DNA of 63,974 nt, counting the filler, from Basidiobolus ranarum (lineage: Eukaryota): NCBI GenBank assembly GCA_040143965.1. It is 54 parts of 54 records of this genome, joined end to end, with 100 filler letters (N's around TTAATTAATTAA, not from the genome) between each part and the next. Parts side by side here need not be neighbours in the genome. Positions count along the whole stretch, not along the records: positions 36,863 to 37,947 come from JASJQH010006505.1; positions 38,048 to 39,132 come from JASJQH010006506.1; positions 39,233 to 40,317 come from JASJQH010006507.1; positions 40,418 to 41,502 come from JASJQH010006508.1; positions 41,603 to 42,686 come from JASJQH010006509.1; positions 42,787 to 43,870 come from JASJQH010006510.1; positions 43,971 to 45,054 come from JASJQH010006511.1; positions 45,155 to 46,238 come from JASJQH010006512.1; 46 more parts are not named here. One strand, written 5' to 3'. A model generated the notes under the pieces. The model did not search any database and was not told where the DNA came from. It saw only the letters and a program-made list of their open reading frames with translations. Numbering within the stretch: position 1 is the stretch's first letter; each line of letters opens with the position of its first letter. Positions 36,863-51,072 of the stretch are shown here, piece by piece. The translations under genes were made by a program, and so were the position numbers.

Positions 36863-37947
36863 CAATAAAAACAACTGCACTTCTTGATTCAGGTGCTTCC
36901 TCCTGCTTTATTGACTCTGCCTTTGTGAAATCCCACTCTATCCCAACAATCAAGAAATCTAGTCCAGTCCTTGTAGAAGTAATTGATGGAAGGCTGCTAT
37001 CATCAGGTGCTGTAACACATGAGACAACCTTAATCATACTCATGTCCACTGCTCATCAAGGAGAAATAGCTTTCAAAATCTTTTCTTCACCTCACCACCC
37101 AGTCATCCTTGGTATATCATGGCTCAAGCAGCACAACCCAGTAGTCAATTGGAAGAAGAATATTATCACATTCAAGCAAACTCCACCTCCTAGTCCATAT
37201 TTGCCCACCTGCAAAGTATCCAACTCATCATCAGCCCAACTCCTAAAAACATCCATGAAGCCAATATCCATTGACAGTATTGCTGAAGAGCTGAAACCAA
37301 CAAAACCTATGGTTCATAAGCTCCCACCCAAATACCAAGCCTTTGCTGATGTCTTTGACAAGAAGAAATCTGATATACTCCCAGCTCACTGCCCATATGA
37401 TTGCCCTATAGATCTACAAGAAGGAAAACAACCACCATTTGGGCCTATATATGGGCTGACCCAGCCAGAACTCAAAGTTCTGAAGGAGTACATTGCAGAA
37501 AATCTAGAGAAAGGATTCATCCAACATTCAAAGTCCCCAGCAGGCTCTCCAATCTTGTTTGTTAAGAAAAAGGATGGATCCCTCCATCTCTGTGTTGATT
37601 ATTGAGGCCTAAATAGCATTACAGTCAAAAATTGGTACCCCTTGCCATTAATCAACTCACTCTTGGATCAGCTTGCTTCAGCCAAGGTGTTTACAAAGAT
37701 TGATCTAAGAGGTGCTTACAATCTTGTAAGAATCAAACCAGGAGACCAATGGAAAACTGCCTTTCGAACTTGCTATGGACACTTTGAATACAATGTCATG
37801 CCATTTGGACTTACCAATGCCCCTGCAGTCTTTCAACACATGATGAATGATATCTTCAGAGAGTATCTTGACCAATTTGTGGTAATCTACCTTGACGATA
37901 TCTTGGTCTTCTCAAGCTCTCAAGAAGAACATAATATTCATGTTTCC
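36863..37947 (+). mobile_element. Ty3/gypsy protease-RT fragment
   Basis: [73 protein letters not shown]. Confidence 0.95.
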
Positions 37948-38047
37948 NNNNNNNNNNNNNNNNNNNNNNNNNNNNNNNNNNNNNNNNNNNNTTAATTAAT
38001 TAANNNNNNNNNNNNNNNNNNNNNNNNNNNNNNNNNNNNNNNNNNNN

Positions 38048-39132
38048 CCTTCCTATAGAGGTCAAAAGCACTTTAAGAAGAAAAGTAACATATTCTGTGA
38101 TTACTGTAAAAGAACTGGCCATTTAAGCAAAGATTGCTTTAAAAGAATTGCAAAAGAATAAAAACATACTGAATCTGGAAAGGTGGTTATAACAGAAGAT
38201 CACTTGTTCATATCTGATCTATCTATGACTATAAACAAGGATTCTCAGATGTGGTATATTGATTCTGGAGCCTCCCAATACTTCACAAATGAAAAAGATT
38301 GGTTTGTGGATTATGAAGAAATCCTAAATAGAAAAGTTTTCATGGGAGATGACTGCACATTGGATGCAATTAGAATGGGGACAATTCAAGTCAATTTAAC
38401 TGGAGCTTCTGAAGAGATAGTATATACTTTTAAGGATGTACTACATGTTCCAGATATTGCCAAGAATTTAATATCTGTATGCAAGGCCTCCTCAGAAGGG
38501 CTAAAATTCAATTTTGATAAGTCAGGATGCAGCATCACTGATCAAAATGGGAATTATTTAGCTTTGGGAGAAAAGATCAAAACTTATACAAACTTACATA
38601 TAATCCAAGAGGTTTATGTGTAAATATCAGTTATTCCAATCAAGAAACTATTCAATTATGGCACAAGAGAGTTGGCCCAATTGGATTTGATTATTTGAGC
38701 AAAATGATCAAAAATTGCCTAATTTCTGGAATTCAAATTAACCCCCCCATCCAAAATGGAAATTTGTGAGGGTTGTATATATGGAAAACAAGCCACGCAA
38801 CCATTCAAGAGCTCTGGTTTAATCAAATCTGTCAAAAAATTGGATCTAATTCATTCTGATTTGGGTGGACCTATGCAAAATTTATCTTCAGGTAGAAAAA
38901 AGATATTTAATCACATATATTGATGATTATACAAGATACACTTGGGTCTATTTATGGAAAGAAAAGAAGAAGCTCACTCTAGCTTTAGAGATTTCAAAAC
39001 AATTGTGGAGACTGAAACTGGAACTAAAATCAAGAAAATACATAGTGATAATGGTGGAGAATATACTTCAACACTATTTAAGCACTTTTGCAAAATTCAT
39101 GGAATTAAGCAAGAAACTACTGCTCCGTATTC
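38048..39132 (+). mobile_element. Ty1/copia pol fragment (protease to integrase)
   Basis: WYIDSGASQYF, LIHSDLGGP, YIDDYTRYTWVY, HSDNGGEYTS. Same family as 13103..14192. Confidence 0.93.
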
Positions 39133-39569
39133 NNNNNNNNNNNNNNNNNNNNNNNNNNNNNNNNNNNNNNNNNNNNTTAATTAATTAANNNNNNNNNNNN
39201 NNNNNNNNNNNNNNNNNNNNNNNNNNNNNNNNTCCAATTTTCAGCTAAGTGATATTTGACTAAGTAATGTTAACTAACTTATATGTGATATATGAAATAG
39301 TTAGGTGTATAAAGATAGAGATAACAAATATGATAAAGACAATGAACTTCAACACTTCCATGGAAGGTCTTGGCAGAAATACACTATGTGTGGGATGTCA
39401 TGATTAGTTAGGTTTCATGCAATGTTACAAAGAATATGACTTCCATAGAAGGTAATCTGGATGAACTAACACAAGATTGCCAAGAAGGGATGGCTCAGCA
39501 GATATGATATCATAATCTAATATAGAAGAGTTCTATTTGCTGTGGATTAGTATGCCAAGATCAGAATCA

Positions 39570-40225
39570 TGACAGTATCTCTATAATTTGGACTAATTTG
39601 TTTGTGTGATTATCTAAGGGTATTCCTAGGAAAGCTGCAAGACAGACTTCTTGGTGAGATAGACCAAGATATGCAATACTATTATTTTAGCCATGTGGTA
39701 TTATGTTCAAGCAATGACACATCTACTTGTGGCAGGAAATTTGTTGACTACAAGTTGGGGATATATTGGCTGAATTGTTTACAGAAATTTGCCAAAATCC
39801 ATGAGCTTTTTCTCATTGTGAATGGTAACAAGAGTCACCTATTCACCAAGTGTCAGTGCTATTCAAAATTTCAGATGTTTAGCAATGTTTCCACCATTAG
39901 TTTGCTGGTAAAGCATATTGAAGTTGTTGAGTTATGTCTGATCAGTCATTTGTGTTTATATGTAGAGACTAAACCCAACAAGATTCTTGTATTTTTAGAT
40001 TCCCATTATGGCTGGAATACAAAGCCAAAAATATCTAAATAAAGGCATACATATTATTTCAAATTCTTACAGCAGTAAACCTTGTAATTTTCCATTTGCA
40101 AGTTAGATTTTTGTGAAAATTGCCAGAAATTAAATAGCTCGTGCCAAATATGAGGATCAATATTTTAACATGTATTAATTCCATCAAGATACCATCAAAA
40201 AGGGGCCATCACACTGCTACAGTCT
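39570..40225 (+). mobile_element. CACTA right-arm copy
   Basis: ORF 39602..40042 is homologous to 21893..22318. Confidence 0.75.
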
Positions 40226-40417
40226 TTGGGAGCCTGGTTGCAGTGGTTGGGAGAATTAGAGGACTTGGCGTTTTTCACTTATTTATTTCATGATGAGAAA
40301 GTTGACATTTATAGTTTNNNNNNNNNNNNNNNNNNNNNNNNNNNNNNNNNNNNNNNNNNNNTTAATTAATTAANNNNNNNNNNNNNNNNNNNNNNNNNNN
40401 NNNNNNNNNNNNNNNNN

Positions 40418-41502
40418 AAATTTGTAAAGTGAAAGCGACTAAATCTATCTCTTCAGCTGTGGCAGTATTAACTTGTTCATATATTGGCCTAATATAATGA
40501 AGTTTATAAAAGGTATTTTGCTTAGCTCCAGAAGCTATGTAATGCCCTTTTTGATCCCTGATTGTACAGCCATTTTGATCAAAATTAAAGCAATATCCCT
40601 TGGATGTTGCTTTACTCACTAATAACAAATTTTTTGCGATCCCAGGCACATACAGCACATTTTTCAGTGTCAAACACATGTCCCCAGAGATGCCCCCAAG
40701 ATCCACTTCAATTGCTCCTACTCCCAGAGCTTCTAGTGGCCTGTCATCTCCCATATAAACCTTCTTGTTTATGTTAGTTTTGAGTGTCTTAAACCAGTTT
40801 TTTTGATTAGAGAATTGTTGAGAGGCTCCAAAATCAATATACCATGACCTACAGTCTTGTTCAGAGGTCACCAACAGGGCCAAAATGAATAAAACTTCCT
40901 CTTTGGTTAAAACCTGATTTGCTTGTTCTGACTTCTCATTTTTGTTGTAATTTCTTGATTTGCAATCTTTTATGTGGTGTCCTGGTTTGTTACAACCATA
41001 ACATAAACCTGGTTTCCTTCTTTTGTAAACTTTGTACTTGCCAAAGCTATGTTTTCCAGCGCCAAAAAGAGCCACTTCCTCACATTCTTTTTCCAAATTC
41101 TTACTTCTGAGATGTTGATCCATTAGCCTTGCTACCACAAACTCCAAAGACAACTTGTCAGATCTTGCTTCGTAAGCTGTGACCAAGTTTGAATACTGTT
41201 CTGGTAGACTACTTGAAGGAGTTGTAATGACATCTTCTTCCTGTAAAGTTGCACCACTATTTTCCAGTTGCTTTGCCAAAGATCTCACATTTGCAATAAG
41301 AGTAACCATGCTTTCAGACTTTGCCATCTTTATATTGAAGAATTTTTGTCGGAGAAAGAGTCTATTAGCAAGACTCTTTGATTCATAACACTCTTCCAAT
41401 ATAGTCCAAGCTTGATGGGAAGTCTTTGCATATTGAATATTCACAAGTTGCAAATCCTTCAAACTTTGACAAATGACATTAAAGGCCTTCTTGTCTCTTT
41501 TC
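40418..41502 (-). mobile_element. Ty1/copia gag-protease, open frame over most of the contig
   Basis: Gag region, CYGCNKPGHHIKDC, WYIDFGASQQF, LKNVLYVPGIAKNLL. Confidence 0.93.
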
Positions 41503-41602
41503 NNNNNNNNNNNNNNNNNNNNNNNNNNNNNNNNNNNNNNNNNNNNTTAATTAATTAANNNNNNNNNNNNNNNNNNNNNNNNNNNNNNNNNNNNNNNNNN
41601 NN

Positions 41603-42612
41603 GGTTGTTGTGTAGTCTAATAGTCTGACACATATTCTGCTCTGCTAGATTGTCATGGTGACATTCATATGAATGGTGTGGGATTGATTGAAATCCCATA
41701 TGAGAGTGGATGGAGGGTGCAGCATATTGCTGTAGCTCAAGTACAGCATTCTGAAGGTCTTGTATCATTGGAGAAAGACTCTCTAACTGTTGACTAGTTG
41801 CTTCCAAGCACTGCATTGATTGCATTATTGGGGTGTCATTGCTTGTCATAGCCTGAATAGCAACTTTGTAGTTTTTATTTATGATTGCATACAAATCATT
41901 ATGGTGTTCTGCATTTGATTCTCTTGTTGGAATAATTCCATCCAAATTTTCTATAGAGCATTGATCAATAGTGGGCAAATTAGCCATTTTGGAAGTTGAT
42001 GGTCTAGATGGTGTTTTGTTTGAACTTTGCTCAACTATTGATTTACTATGTAATTGGGGATTACAGTCTCTTCACTTGCAGTATCACTGGAAAGGAACGC
42101 CTCTGGTAAATGGTTTAATGCTTCATCATTACTTGAGTTAGTTTCTAGCGTGTTAATGCCTTCCAAAGTGGAAAGTGGATTTCTAAACTGCTCATCAATG
42201 AAGTCCTCTGTTCTTGCTGGGTTTTTTCCTTTTGAGCCAGCAGCCTTTTGCTTTGAAACTGATTTTGATTTTGAATGCTTTTTGAATGGCATTGACATTT
42301 TCAGATGTTAAACTTGGTGTAGCATAATTACTTAGAAACAGCTTATACTAAAGGAAAATTGCCATCCATTGCTGGAAATATCTTGTAAATCACCAGATGA
42401 ATAATCTCTGATACCATCTCAGACTCAGCAGATCATATTAATGGGCTATATCTACAAAACCACCATTATGTAGGAGGTGTTCTTTTTTCTACAATATTCT
42501 TGTAATACTGTGACACATATGATTAAAGATGCCTTGCTATTATTGTCCAAAAATCTTGAGCTACAAATGTTGAGGCCTCATGGAAAAAAATCATCAGCAC
42601 AGTCACTGTGTA
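41603..42612 (-). mobile_element. Family A repeat copy
   Basis: MPFKKHSKSKS...; frameshifted. Confidence 0.75.
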
Positions 42613-42786
42613 AAAGTTTATAATAAAATTGAACCCGAACGAAGGCCTAAAATGGATACAGAATCAAAACATTGATAAATATATAGNNNNNNNNNNNNNN
42701 NNNNNNNNNNNNNNNNNNNNNNNNNNNNNNTTAATTAATTAANNNNNNNNNNNNNNNNNNNNNNNNNNNNNNNNNNNNNNNNNNNN

Positions 42787-43801
42787 AAAGAGCAAAGCAG
42801 AAGAAACCAAAATTTCAATCATCAACAGCAGCGTCAATACTATTCAAACATGCACAAAACCACAAGATTCAAACTCAGCTAAGCCACAGCTTTCCAATGA
42901 ATCAAGAATCACTCTGATTGGACCATTATTGGGCAAGTTAGAGTCAAGTCTAGAACAAGCAATATCTCTGACCTAAGCATGAAGAAAAACAGCTAAGCCA
43001 CTTTTTTTAAGCAAAATTGTTATTTAGCAGCTTAAATTGGTGATATCTCAGAATCTAGCCAATGAGAAGCACTGAAAATTTGCACATGCATCAATCATCA
43101 TACTCTGCTGATGTGTACCAAATATCTAAGCCACAGCTGATGTAATTGCGATTTTATCACTGATTCTTTATTTTCTAAGCCACCTTTAACTAGTTAACAT
43201 AGTCTATTTGCTGGAAAGTGATTAAGCTTTCATATATATTCCTGATCTTCCTTTTTGGCTCAAGAGAACTTCTTCCCAACAAGTTTCCCAACACTTTCCA
43301 CTTCCACTTTCCCCTTTAACTCTTCCTTTCCTTTAACACAAACATATTCTTCTTGTCAGAACAGAAAGATAATAAAGACTCTTATTGCAACTTTATGATT
43401 GTTTTTGAAACTGTTAAAGTATTGCAATATTGAATCTCTTAGAACTCTTTTTTTCCACACTGAGAATATATTTCTTTTGTCAAAATCCTTCCATATAGTC
43501 TCAAAGAAGTGATTCTTTTCTTCTTTAAGTTCAAAGCATTGACTTAAAGACAGCACAAAGATAGCTAAGATTATCATAAGGATTATTTTCAAAACACTCT
43601 TTTCCCATCCATCCATCCATCTCTTTAGTCTAAAGGCACACTTTAAAGTTGTCTTTAACAGTTTCTTTCAGTGAAGGGTATATCTTCTATTGATATCTTT
43701 AAGCTTCCAGTAAATATAAATTCAGCTTAGCTGAAGATTTGTAGTGGAATATTAGTCTTTTCATTTTAAAGATTGATAACACACCCCCATTCCACACTAC
43801 A
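42787..43801 (+). repeat. LTR E-related sequence inserted into the Harbinger accessory ORF
   Basis: Ends CCACACTACA. 43802..43870 resumes the PNDFTDAQVYTMNSCLDIW sequence seen at 19053 and 32119. Confidence 0.6.
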
Positions 43802-43970
43802 GCACCTAATGATTTTACAGATGCCCAGGTATACACTATGAATTCTTGCTTGGATATATGGGAGTTATTGNNNNNNNNNNNNNNNNNNNNNNNNNNNNNN
43901 NNNNNNNNNNNNNNTTAATTAATTAANNNNNNNNNNNNNNNNNNNNNNNNNNNNNNNNNNNNNNNNNNNN

Positions 43971-45054
43971 TAAGTGTTTAGTGCCTAATGGGAAGCTCTG
44001 GCTCCAGCTGATCCCCTTTAGCAATATAATCTTGGCCTTACTGCTAATACCAAGTTTGATGTTAGACTGATTATTTTGTGAATTGGTATCAGTGATCATG
44101 TTGAAATTTGACTGGGCTGTTGATAGTCAAATTGTCAAGTTTGGTTTTGTATTTGGATAGTAGTAATGTATACGCCTGATAGAGTACACTCCATTCATTT
44201 GACAAAATCCACAGCAAGATAGAGCATTGTGCCCCCAAAACCTCCAAATTTACTGATGGCTGGAGTGTCACCAATTCATGTTTAAGTTTATTGTTTTTAG
44301 CATATTTGTTATCTCTATCTTTATACACCTGACTATTTCATATTTCCCATATAAGTTAGTTAAGATTACTTAGTCAAATGTTACTAAACAGCAAATCAGA
44401 ACATTTATTATATATATATCCCTAATGAAAACAAAATCAATTTGATCCGGATCAGATCCACATTCCAAAATAGCAAAACCGTCAGAAACCATCACAATAT
44501 TGCTGACTTGAATTCTGCCAGGGATTTTGATGGTGTGACGGCAGTTTCTTGATGGTATCTTAATGGTATTCATACATATTAAAATATTGATCCTCAAATT
44601 TGGCATGTGTTATTCAATATCCTGCAATTTTTGCAAAAATATAATTTTTGAATGGCAAATTACTGGGCTTACTGCTATAGGAATTCAAATTAATATGCAT
44701 GCCTTTATTTAGATATTTTAGGCTTTGTATTCCAGCCATCATGAGAATCAAAATATACAAGAATCTCATTGTATTTAGTCTCTACATATGCACATATTTG
44801 CCTGATTAGACATAACTCAACAACATCAATATGCTTTACCAGCAAACTAATGGTGGAAAAATTGATAAACATCTGAAATTTTGAATAGCACTGACACTTG
44901 GCAAATAGCTGACTCTTGTTACTGTTCACAATGAGAATAAGCTCTTGGATTTTGGCAAATTTCCATAAAGAATTCAGCCAATATATCCCCAACTTGCAGT
45001 CAACAAATGTCCTGCCACAAGTAGCTGTGTCAGTGCTTGAATAGAATACCCCAT
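43971..45054 (-). mobile_element. Nested cluster: CACTA transposase (to 44278), LTR F (44279..44419), CACTA terminus C (44420 onward)
   Basis: Each segment matches its family copies elsewhere in the window. Confidence 0.75.
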
Positions 45055-45154
45055 NNNNNNNNNNNNNNNNNNNNNNNNNNNNNNNNNNNNNNNNNNNNTT
45101 AATTAATTAANNNNNNNNNNNNNNNNNNNNNNNNNNNNNNNNNNNNNNNNNNNN

Positions 45155-46238
45155 AAGATATCATCAAGGTAGATTACCACCAATTGGTCAAGAAACTCTC
45201 TGAAGATATCATTCATCATGTGTTGATAGACTGCAGGGGCATTAGTTAGTCCAAATGGTATGACAATGTATTCAAAGTGTTTATAGTGAGTTTGAAAGGC
45301 AGTTTTCAATTGGTCTCCTGGTTTGATTATTACAAGATTGTAAGCACCTCTTAGATCAATCTTTGTAAAGAACTTGGCTGAAGCAAGCTAATCCAGGAGT
45401 GAGTTGATTAATGGCAGGGGTACCAATTTTTGACTGTAATGCTATTTAGGCCTTGATAATCAACACAGAGATGTAGGGATATATTCTTTTTCTTAACGAA
45501 TAAGATTGGAGAGCCTGCTGGGGACTTTGAAAGTTAAATGAATCCTTCCTCCTGATTTTCTGCAGTGTACTCCTTCTAAATGTAGAGTTCTGGCTGGGTC
45601 AGCCCATATATAGGCACAAATGGCGGTTGTTTTCTCTCTTGTTGGTGTCAATATTTCTCTTCAGGGCTAAGCTTTCTGAGGCAAGTTCCATCAATTTGCA
45701 TTACGTCATCAGCTTGAGCTGTATTTTGTGTTTGATGGAAGGGAGGTCTGACAGTAGGTGATGAAGGGGAGAAGAAATGAGCCATATTTCTTTGTTGTTG
45801 TCTTTCAAATGACCAGTTGTCACATTTAACTGCCTGGTGGATAGCATCAGTCATGGTCACTGAGTCAGCCTTAGTGAGTAAAAGATCCTAAATATTTTCT
45901 TGGAGTCCATGTTGGAATTTGTTGATCAGAGCAGATTCTCCCCAATTTAGATAACAGGCAAGAAGGTGGAATTCTGCAGCATGAGTTGATGCATGCTTTG
46001 ACCCTTGTTTAAGTGCATGGATCTTGGTGGCTGAAGTTCTTTCCTTATCTGCATTTCCAAATGTGGCTTCCAGTTCAGCAAGAAAGGCAAGGAACTTTGA
46101 AAGAAGTGGAGATTGACTTTCCATCAAAGGAGCAAACCAAGATAGAGCTGTTCCTGATAATAGTGTTTCTACTAAGTCTACTTTTGTTTGGTCAGAGGGG
46201 TAGCAATGGGGATGTAACTGGATGATGAGCTTTATTTG
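45155..46238 (-). mobile_element. Ty3/gypsy gag joined to RT with the protease deleted
   Basis: Gag LKQG...AAEF...WGESALINKFQHGL and DVMQID. At about 45640 it jumps to the QPPF...IYGLTQPEL RT region, then FGLTNAPA and YLDDI. Confidence 0.85.
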
Positions 46239-46539
46239 NNNNNNNNNNNNNNNNNNNNNNNNNNNNNNNNNNNNNNNNNNNNTTAATTAATTAANNNNNN
46301 NNNNNNNNNNNNNNNNNNNNNNNNNNNNNNNNNNNNNNCCAATCATTTGCAACTATTTTGCAAGATCTTGAAATTTCACTCCTGAAACTGAAAAAATTGA
46401 TCAAAATCAAATCTAACTTGACGTTTTTATGACGGTAAGTAAACGGTCAACCTCAAATGTATTAAAATTGTGATGGTTTTCCTACAATAACAATCCTCAA
46501 ATTTCTGTTAGGGTAAATTTCTAATATTTTCAGCTCCTA

Positions 46540-47422
46540 TGCCAGATTTTCCAGTCTATCTCTTCAGCTGTGGCAGTATTAACTTGTTCATATATTGGCC
46601 TGATATAATGAAGTTTATTTGAGTTGTTTTGCTTAGCTCCAGAAGCTACATAATTCCAGTTTTTTATCCCTGATTGTACAGCCATTTTGTTCAAAATTAA
46701 AGCTATCTCCCTCAGATTTAGCTTTACTCACTGATAACAAATTTTTTGCTATCCTAGGCACATATAGCACATTTTTCAGGGTCAAATACATGTCCCCAGA
46801 GATGCCCCCAAGATCCACTTGAATTTCTCCCACTCCCAAAGCTTCTAGTGGCCTGTCATCTTCCATATGCACCTTCTTGTTTATGTCCATTTTGAGTGTC
46901 TTACACCAGTTTTTTTGATTAAAGAAATGTTAAGAGGCTCCAGAATCAATATACCATAACCCACAGTCAGGTTCAGAGGTCACAGATGGGTCAGAAATAA
47001 ATAAAACTTCCTCTTTGGTTGAAATCTGATTTTCTTGTTCTGTCTTCTCAATTTTGTTGTAATTTCTTGATTTGCAATCTTTTAACGGGTGTCCTGGTTT
47101 GTTACAGCCATAGCATAAACCTGGTTTCCTTCTTTTGTAACCTTTGTACTTGCCAAAGCTATGTTTTCCACCCCCAAAAAGAGCCACTTCCTGAGATTCT
47201 TTTACCAAATTCTTACTTCTGAGGTGTTGACCTATTAGCCTTGCCACCACAAACTCCAAAGATAACTTGTCAGATCTTGCTTCCAAAGCTGTGACCAAGT
47301 TTGCATACTGCTCTTATAGACTACTTAAAAGAGCAATAATGATATTTTGTTCCTGTAAAGTTGCACCAATATATTCCAGTTGTTTTGCCAAAGATCTCAC
47401 AATTGCAATATGAGTAACCATG
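46540..47422 (-). mobile_element. Ty1/copia gag-protease remnant, preceded by CACTA terminus B at 46339..46513
   Basis: CYGCNKPGHPLKDC and WYIDSGAS. Same family as 40418..41502. Confidence 0.9.
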
Positions 47423-47675
47423 NNNNNNNNNNNNNNNNNNNNNNNNNNNNNNNNNNNNNNNNNNNNTTAATTAATTAANNNNNNNNNNNNNNNNNNNNNN
47501 NNNNNNNNNNNNNNNNNNNNNNTTTGGATTTTCCTACATCTTAATTTTATGGCACAGTCCTTGGCCAAGCCATCCTGGGATGGCATAGCCATCAGCTGGT
47601 ATATGTTAGGGGCACAATCAGGGTGATCATGTGAGCTACTAGCCAGGATGGGTTATCAACCAGTAATCTTTTACT

Positions 47676-48442
47676 AGTTGAAATTAGGTAAATAGCAAGT
47701 CACTATTTTCTCAAAATGTCTCCAAATCACCTCAAACTTTCACCCATGCTTAACAGGCATGTTTGTTATGATCTAAGCACGTCCAATAGTCCTATTTCAT
47801 AGTAAACTACAAATAGGACATATTTACTTCAATAAAACTAAAGTGTCTAATCTTGTCCAAAACATTTCCAAGTCCCCTAAACACTTTTATCAGGCTATGA
47901 GCCCCAAGCTAGCTGTTAAAAGAATGTCTACCAGTACTATTACCAATGTTTTTGCTTCCACAGAGAAGTTTGATGGTGAAGACTTTCATATTTGAAGTTC
48001 AAGATGCAAATGGTGCTAGAAGACAAGGACCTTTGGGGATTTGTTACAGGAGAAGAAATAGAGCCAAAGAGTCCACCAAAAGCTATCCTTGCCTTTCACA
48101 AGAAGCAGAGGAAAGCACTCTCTACACTTTGTCTATATCTCAGAGATTCTCAATTGAGGCACATTCAATCAGCCAAAAAACGTCCAAAATGCTTGGGAAA
48201 CACTTGAGGGACTATATGAGACTAAAAGTCTGGCTAATAGGCTATATTGTAGGTGAAAATTATTCTCAATTCAGATAAATACTGATGATTGTATCCTTAA
48301 TCATATAAATTAGATACAAACTATGGCAGATCAGCTCTCATCCATTGGAGCTTCTCTAAATGAAGATGACTTAGTCATGACACTACTTAAGAGCCTGCCA
48401 GACGTGTTTGGGAACCTCATAATTGCCCTAGAATCAAGATCA
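47676..48442 (+). mobile_element. Copia element: LTR G remnant (to 47892), PBS GGCTATGAGCCC and degenerate gag
   Basis: KFKMQMVLEDKDLWGFVTG is a copia gag N-terminus. A second LTR G copy starts at 48443. Confidence 0.8.
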
Positions 48443-49889
48443 TGTTGAAATTAGGTAAATAGCAACTCATTATTTAGGAGTTAGTTTATTCATAATCTGA
48501 TTATTTAGCACTCAATTCTGTTATTCAAAAACGTGTGTTTATTGCTCTAATAGATAGAAATATCAATTAGATCACTTTTACCAATTTTCACTATTTTCTC
48601 AAAACTNNNNNNNNNNNNNNNNNNNNNNNNNNNNNNNNNNNNNNNNNNNNTTAATTAATTAANNNNNNNNNNNNNNNNNNNNNNNNNNNNNNNNNNNNNN
48701 NNNNNNATTATATCAGCCTTCGCAGCCCATTGAACAAGAACAACCTTCTTCGCCAGAAGAGCCGGAAGAGCCCGAATCCTCCGGCTCAAGGTGCGGCAGG
48801 TGTAACTAAAGATGTGATTAGCAACACATTATGTAATTAGTATATATTCATTAATATCACTCATTAAAAAATAAATCATGTAATGTTTAACAACAGTGTT
48901 AACTTCGTCTAAGCAATGATTAGACTGGAAAAGCCATTGTATTAAAGATAAGATTCTTAAAAGATTAATGCTAGTCATCTCCTAATCATCTTATATACGT
49001 ACTAAAATGACACTAGTCTAATCCAAATGCGATAGCATAGGACACCAATCAGATAACGTAATTGAGCATTCAATAAATGCTTCAACGAATAACAATAATG
49101 AAATATTTCTTTTACTTTTTATCGAGATTATTTATATCTACAAAGCCTAATCTACCGTCAGACCGTACAATGCAATCCCATAATCTTAAACATCAAGCAA
49201 ATTCACCGTACATATATATCTAATAACGAGGTTCACGTTGACAATGAAGATAGTCTCTACGTGAAGTTGTGCCATTCCTGTGTGCATATTTCGAGTAATA
49301 TACTTGAATCAACGTAGCACGAGTCATTTTGACAGTCGGTATTGACAATTTTGTTATTAACTTTAATTAGTCATCCGCCTTACTAATTGTATCAGTTTTA
49401 CTTGCTATCAGTTCTTTAATCCGAAAAAGCAGCAATAGCCAGTTTTTGTTTCCTATACCGAAAACCATGAAAATTTGAATGATGCGAGTTTCAACAAGCA
49501 AGAAAGTTTTGGCGTAAAGTATTAAACAAGCCTGATCTTTTTGGTGGGGTTATAGTGGAGAGTTACACCTCGACAAGGAGAAGTTGTTGAATCCAAGTCC
49601 AGCTACAGAATAATCTTTCGCAGTTAAAGCAGTAATTGTTAAACTGAAAAATATAGTGTATTCGATAGGATATAATTATATATCTCAATTGATTTGGAAA
49701 TTGTTTTTTGATATTAAGAGAATTACTAGCTGTCAGAATGTGCAAACCGTCCTCGCCTGGTTGTTGGAATAATCAACCGGCAAGATCATNNNNNNNNNNN
49801 NNNNNNNNNNNNNNNNNNNNNNNNNNNNNNNNNTTAATTAATTAANNNNNNNNNNNNNNNNNNNNNNNNNNNNNNNNNNNNNNNNNNNN

Positions 49890-50470
49890 TATTGCTTCTT
49901 CAACCATTGCAAAAGCTTCATCTCTTTTGACTGGCCATGGCCGTGGTTGCATGGCAGTATGTGTTGGAGCAAGTTGTCTACCTTGAGGTTCATGCTCAAC
50001 AGTTATTGCTTCTTTAACCATGGTGGAACCTTCATCTCTTTTGACTGGTCATGACCATTATTGCATGGCAGTACATGTTGGAGCAAGTTGTGTACCTTGA
50101 GGTTGGTGTTTGGTGTTCCTACCTCTTCAACCATGGTAGAAGCTTCATCTCTTTTGACTGGCCATGGTGGTGGTTGCATGGCAGTATGTGTTGTAGCAAG
50201 TTGTCTACCTTATGGTTTGAGTTGGATGATTATTGCTTCTTCAACCATAGTGGAAGCTTTATCTCTTTGAACTGGCCTTTGCTGTGGTTGCATTGCAGTA
50301 TGTGATGGAGCAAGTCATATACCTTGAAATTTGCAGTTGGCAGTTTCTGCCTCTTCAACCATGGTAGAAGCTTCATCTCTTTTGACTGGCCGCTGTGACC
50401 TCTGTTGCATTGGCAGAACAAGTTGGCACATATTGTCTACCTTGAGGTTTGTGTTTGACTGTTGTGGCTT
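49890..50470 (-). repeat. About 114-bp tandem repeats (5 units) encoding a 38-aa repeat
   Basis: CTTYAACC anchors at 49898, 50012, 50125, 50239 and 50353. Confidence 0.85.
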
Positions 50471-51072
50471 TTTCAAGCTCAGTAAGAGCTTCACTATCTC
50501 TCTCAAACACCCATTGTGTTGATCTTGTGGAGGTATGCATTGTAATGGATTGCTGTCTTAGTAGATTGCTCTCAGGTGTCAGATCTTTGTCCAACAAAGT
50601 GGAAGGTTCAATAATTTTTGTGGTTTGCCTTTGTTGCTGTCACACAGTAGCACCCATTAAACTGGTATGTCTTTCTGGTGGCATTCTCATTGGAGCTGAC
50701 TCTTCTCCAGATGTAAAAGGCTTGCTGGTTGGTTTGGTAGAATCAGGCAAATTGCATGCTATGATGCATGAGAATGCAGGCCATCCACTTTCTGGCTCTT
50801 CATTGACTGCTTGCTCTTCATCAAAAACAGGAGAAAAATCACGGACTCTTCCAAGCTTGCATTGCTGTCAATGCATATTACTAGCTGATGAACCAACTTG
50901 TTGGGCTCTTGCCCTTCTTGGAGGTGTTACCTCAATTCTAGTAGTGAGTTGTGTAGATTCTTCTTGTGCAATNNNNNNNNNNNNNNNNNNNNNNNNNNNN
51001 NNNNNNNNNNNNNNNNTTAATTAATTAANNNNNNNNNNNNNNNNNNNNNNNNNNNNNNNNNNNNNNNNNNNN

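Noticed and set aside
48707-49789. Possible convergent gene 3' ends (…PEEPESSGSRCGRCN* at 48809, and a spliced minus-strand end near 49520..49789)
   Set aside because: Plausible but too short to assign or verify.
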